Origin: a virus
IMG/VR virus record: IMGVR_UViG_3300045988_126851
Span: 19,646-83,645 of that record
Length of the DNA stretch: 64,000 bases
Direction: 5' to 3' (one strand)
The notes beneath the pieces are model-generated. The model worked only from the letters and a program-made list of their open reading frames with translations. It ran no database searches and was not told where the DNA came from. This document shows positions 61,207 to 64,000 of this stretch, piece after piece (position 1 is the first letter of the stretch; the number at the start of each line of letters is the position of its first letter). Both the position numbers and the translations under genes were made by a program.

Positions 61207-62430
61207 TTATTGAAGGTGATTGGATATTGAAAACCGATATTGGCCAATTATACCCGCCGAAGCATAGAAACCTCCTGATAACCTTCCACCGAAATTCCAT
61301 ACTCTTTCTGATTCGGGTTTGTCTAAGTTATTGAAATCATAAAGACTATCTGAAGATAATCCAGGATCTCTTAGATTCTCTATGGCACTAAATTCCCCAT
61401 TACTATCAAATTCGCCTAAAATTATGTTACTCACTCCTTTAGGTTCTAATCTAAGGGTCTGACCAGTTCTAGTCATTCTACCTGAAACCCGAATAACTCT
61501 AAAGGCTTTAGACCAATTGTTATTTTCACCACTGGCTTTTAAAGTCATAGCCATACTATTACCTTTAGATACTTCAAAATCTATAGTATAGAAATCATCA
61601 TATCTACTAGTTATAATAACTCGATGTTCTTTATTAATGGATTCATTAGAAGAATAGTAATCCTTAAAATGAACACCCCTGAAAACCCACATAGGTAACA
61701 TTTTCTGTGTAACTTGTAAATTTATAACTTGATTAGTATCATTCTGTACTGCTCTACCCCTCATAGTTCTATCTTCATTGTTAGGATTCTTAGAGAATGA
61801 GAAACTAGTACTACCAGCATTCATATCAGAACTGTCAGAATATAGAGTATATCCAACTTCTTCTCTTCTATTACCTACCATCCTGTAAGATTCTATTTTA
61901 GGGTCATAAGAGGTATCATCATATTCTACTGTAGTAGAAGGAACTCCTGCAGAGAAGTAGTAATGAACATTAGCCGCTTGTTCTATTACTATATCCTGAA
62001 CTTGTCCAGATTCAGCTTGAGTAAACCGAATAGTCTCTATTCTACTATCTGTATTATCATTAACCTCTGCCCTCAATGTAGTACCATCTATAGTTACAAA
62101 GGAATTACCAGAGTAATGAATAGCGGTGTAATTTAGAGGTATCTCTTCTCCTACTAGATTTCCATTTACTAGCTGTTGCTTAGTAGATTTAACGGTTAAG
62201 CTTACAGATCCACCACCTGGTTCAATGCTAGTAGAAGTTGGTTCTACGGTAAAGGTATATTTCCAACTTAATGCAGCAGGTCTCTGGATAAGGTTAATTG
62301 GTTGCCTTTTTCCACCGATCTCTACATATATAGTTTGGTTAATATCTTTACCAGTGGTGTTATATTCTGAGGGTTGAATGTTAATGGTGGCAGGTCCAAC
62401 CCCAGAAGTCTTATCGATATTAAAAGCCAT
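61207..62430 (-). CDS. structural protein with BACON/Ig-like repeats
   Basis: 407 aa. GVGPATINIQPSEYNTTGKDINQTIYVEIGGKRQPINLIQRP and FTVEPTSTSIEPGGGSVSLTVKST are Ig/BACON-like segments. Confidence 0.55.
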   Translation of the reverse strand: MAFNIDKTSGVGPATINIQPSEYNTTGKDINQTIYVEIGGKRQPINLIQRPAALSWKYTFTVEPTSTSIEPGGGSVSLTVKSTKQQLVNGNLVGEEIPLNYTAIHYSGNSFVTIDGTTLRAEVNDNTDSRIETIRFTQAESGQVQDIVIEQAANVHYYFSAGVPSTTVEYDDTSYDPKIESYRMVGNRREEVGYTLYSDSSDMNAGSTSFSFSKNPNNEDRTMRGRAVQNDTNQVINLQVTQKMLPMWVFRGVHFKDYYSSNESINKEHRVIITSRYDDFYTIDFEVSKGNSMAMTLKASGENNNWSKAFRVIRVSGRMTRTGQTLRLEPKGVSNIILGEFDSNGEFSAIENLRDPGLSSDSLYDFNNLDKPESERVWNFGGRLSGGFYASAGIIGQYRFSISNHLQ

Positions 62431-62980
62431 GATTCCTTAATTGTTTTCTAATTTCATTCCTTAGTATTTTCTGTAATACCTTAGTTCCACCTGCAGCTTT
62501 ATAGGCAGGAGCCCAAAGAGGACGAGGGGGAAGGTTAGAATCTTTACTACCGTATTCTAATAGAATGGCAATTTGATTTAAGGTTTTTCCAGATTCTTTA
62601 CCTTTCTTTCGTATTTTCCTTACCTTATTAGGTAAACCTACATAGGTTCTATTACGTTGATGGTAGATATTTACCGATCTTTTATATTGACCAGTCCAAT
62701 TCAAAAGAGTATGTTCTCCCAAAGCTTTTACAGTACTTGCAGCATGAGGTGGCCATGATACTCCTGAACCAGATGGGGGCATACCAGTTGATAAGCATTT
62801 TTTCACTATCCTAAGAAGTTTTTCTCCAAACTTTCTGGTACCTTCTGCATAGGATTTAGTAAGGATACTTGGTACACTTCGTATAAGCTTCTCTGCTCTA
62901 GCTTGTTGGGCTTTATCAACGTAAATCTCAAATCTTCCAGAAGGAATACCTAAAGTACGATTTACTGATTTAGTTGCCAT
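62420..62980 (-). CDS. HK97 gp10-like head-tail joining / tail-completion protein
   Basis: IAILLEYGSKDSNLPPRPLWAPAYKA matches the gp10-family signature (a...EfGt.....a.PFl.PA). Confidence 0.55.
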   Translation of the reverse strand: MATKSVNRTLGIPSGRFEIYVDKAQQARAEKLIRSVPSILTKSYAEGTRKFGEKLLRIVKKCLSTGMPPSGSGVSWPPHAASTVKALGEHTLLNWTGQYKRSVNIYHQRNRTYVGLPNKVRKIRKKGKESGKTLNQIAILLEYGSKDSNLPPRPLWAPAYKAAGGTKVLQKILRNEIRKQLRNHGF

Positions 62981-63202
62981 ATAGTATATAATTCTAAACT
63001 AAAAGAGGGATACACATAACTTTAATTATATGCACCCCTCTAAACTTCTATTCCAACCCAAAATATCTTTAAACTACGGCTTCAAGTATATATTCATAGG
63101 TAATTTCAGCAGCAGCTTGACTTATCTGTATCTCTCTTACTACACCTCCAGCTGAAGCTACCATTATAATCTTATCCTTTTTTATAACCTACAAAATTAA
63201 AA

Positions 63203-63228
63203 GAGGAGCCTCAAGATTGAGGCTCCTC
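63203..63228 (-). terminator. rho-independent terminator after gene 63250..63879
   Basis: GAGGAGCCTCAA (63203-63214) pairs with TTGAGGCTCCTC (63217-63228). On the minus strand it is followed by TTTTAATTTTG. Confidence 0.75.
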
Positions 63229-63249
63229 GGATTTTTAACTTGATTACTT

Positions 63250-63879
63250 TTAAGAGATAGTCCAGCTATCGTTAGAAGTAATGGTGATAGTATTAGCACC
63301 ACCAGTAGCTTCGAAGGTAAGCTGTTCAGGACTAACGGTCAAGTTAGAATCAGCAGCAGATTGGGTAATCGTAGCAGTAGCACTTACTTCTGCATTTACA
63401 GAATCACTTGCCTTAACTGTGTACTGTTTGTTCTGAATAGAATCGTTGGCAGCAAAGTTCACAACTACAGTTACTACATATTCACCGCTAGCTCCCGGGT
63501 CACCAGCCGGAACATAAATACCGCCAACTTCTGGAACATCTACGTTGTTTACTTTTACAGAACCTACTGTACCACTGTTGCCGATCTCGAGTTTGAATTT
63601 CTCTACATTGGTTTTGAATTCTACAGTAGCAGTAGTAGCAGCAGCTCCCACATTAGGATCTGATTCCTTGGTGATGTAAATTGCTTTACCGTTCTGTAGT
63701 ACAGAAACGTCTTTGCTTACACCACCGTTGGTAGCAACCTGAACACTAGTGCTACGAGCATTACGACCGAGATAAGCATCTACTGTTACCTGTACTGTAC
63801 TATTACCAGTACCACTTTTCTTGTCAAGGTGAGCCCATCCTGCAATGGCTCTAGCCTCTCTCAAATTTTCTCTGTCCAT
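63250..63879 (-). CDS. BACON/Ig-like domain virion protein (decoration-type candidate)
   Basis: 209 aa. STVQVTVDAYLGRNARSTSVQVATNGG...VSVLQNG and LTVSPEQLTFEATGGANTITITSNDSWTIS fit the BACON-type pattern (L.vsp..l.f.a.gg...v.v.sn..W). The gene is followed by a strong terminator. Confidence 0.65.
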   Translation of the reverse strand: MDRENLREARAIAGWAHLDKKSGTGNSTVQVTVDAYLGRNARSTSVQVATNGGVSKDVSVLQNGKAIYITKESDPNVGAAATTATVEFKTNVEKFKLEIGNSGTVGSVKVNNVDVPEVGGIYVPAGDPGASGEYVVTVVVNFAANDSIQNKQYTVKASDSVNAEVSATATITQSAADSNLTVSPEQLTFEATGGANTITITSNDSWTIS

Positions 63880-63907
63880 CTGTTTTTTTTTTGAAAGTTA
63901 TATAAAA

Positions 63908-64000
63908 TTATTTAGCAGTCCATTTGGCATTAGAATATACCTCGAAAGGTATATCTCCACCATCTGAACTGAATGTGATTTGGTTTACAGAAGTTACCAA
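63908..64000 (-). CDS. 3' end of a further BACON/Ig-like protein gene, truncated by the window edge
   Basis: The open frame reads ...LVTSVNQITFSSDGGDIPFEVYSNAKWTAK and ends at a stop at 63908-63910. Confidence 0.5.
   Translation of the reverse strand: MVTSVNQITFSSDGGDIPFEVYSNAKWTAK

Noticed and set aside
1-64000. Search for tRNA/rRNA genes, CRISPR arrays, an integrase/attP, a reverse transcriptase/DGR, and toxin-antitoxin pairs
   Set aside because: I saw no cloverleaf-like GTTCGAAT-type T-arms, no regularly spaced repeats, and no recombinase, RT or other recognisable motifs. The absence is by-eye only; tRNAscan and HMM searches should confirm it.
44308-64000. Stop-codon reassignment in late genes, as known in some Bacteroidota phages
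   Set aside because: All large structural genes (845, 671, 632, 595 and 573 aa) are uninterrupted under the standard code.

Overview
AT-rich, tightly packed segment of a tailed dsDNA phage genome with a contractile (myovirus-type) tail. About 90 genes lie almost entirely on the minus strand. No rRNA, tRNA, CRISPR array, integrase or reverse transcriptase was found. Layout: (i) 144-1758, a small plus-strand island with two paralogous BACON/Ig-like proteins. (ii) 2.9-5.0 kb, an ORF-poor, repeat-laden region. (iii) 5-20 kb, small early genes of unknown function, several driven by copies of a TTATATTTGCAT element. This contains the Bacteroidota -7 promoter consensus TAnnTTTG, so a Bacteroidota host is inferred. 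The block also includes lysine-rich proteins and one poly-Glu/Asp protein. (iv) 20-43.4 kb, transcription, recombination, replication and nucleotide metabolism genes. These are a NusG-like factor, an Hjc-like nuclease, SbcCD, a P-loop kinase, FEN, RecA/UvsX, a GroES-like protein, an SF2 helicase, a primase and a DnaB-like helicase. There is also a family-A DNA polymerase interrupted by a LAGLIDADG intein, two paralogous HNH homing endonucleases, and a cluster of dUTPase, a MazG-like protein and two thymidylate-synthase-fold genes. (v) 44.3-64 kb, the tail and baseplate module. It holds a collar-domain tail fibre, the baseplate I/J/W/V/hub set, a LysM protein, the tape measure, a chaperone with a -1 frameshift site, tube, sheath, an HK97 gp10-like protein and BACON/Ig-like proteins. 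The most unusual items are the strand-asymmetric motif arrays around 3.8-5.0 kb (candidate origin or protein-binding array) and the tandem divergent TS-fold genes with MazG and dUTPase (candidate pyrimidine-modification pathway). Also notable are the intein, the HNH insertion that duplicates a gene junction, and the chaperone frameshift. All functional calls come from motif reading by eye and have not been searched against any database.
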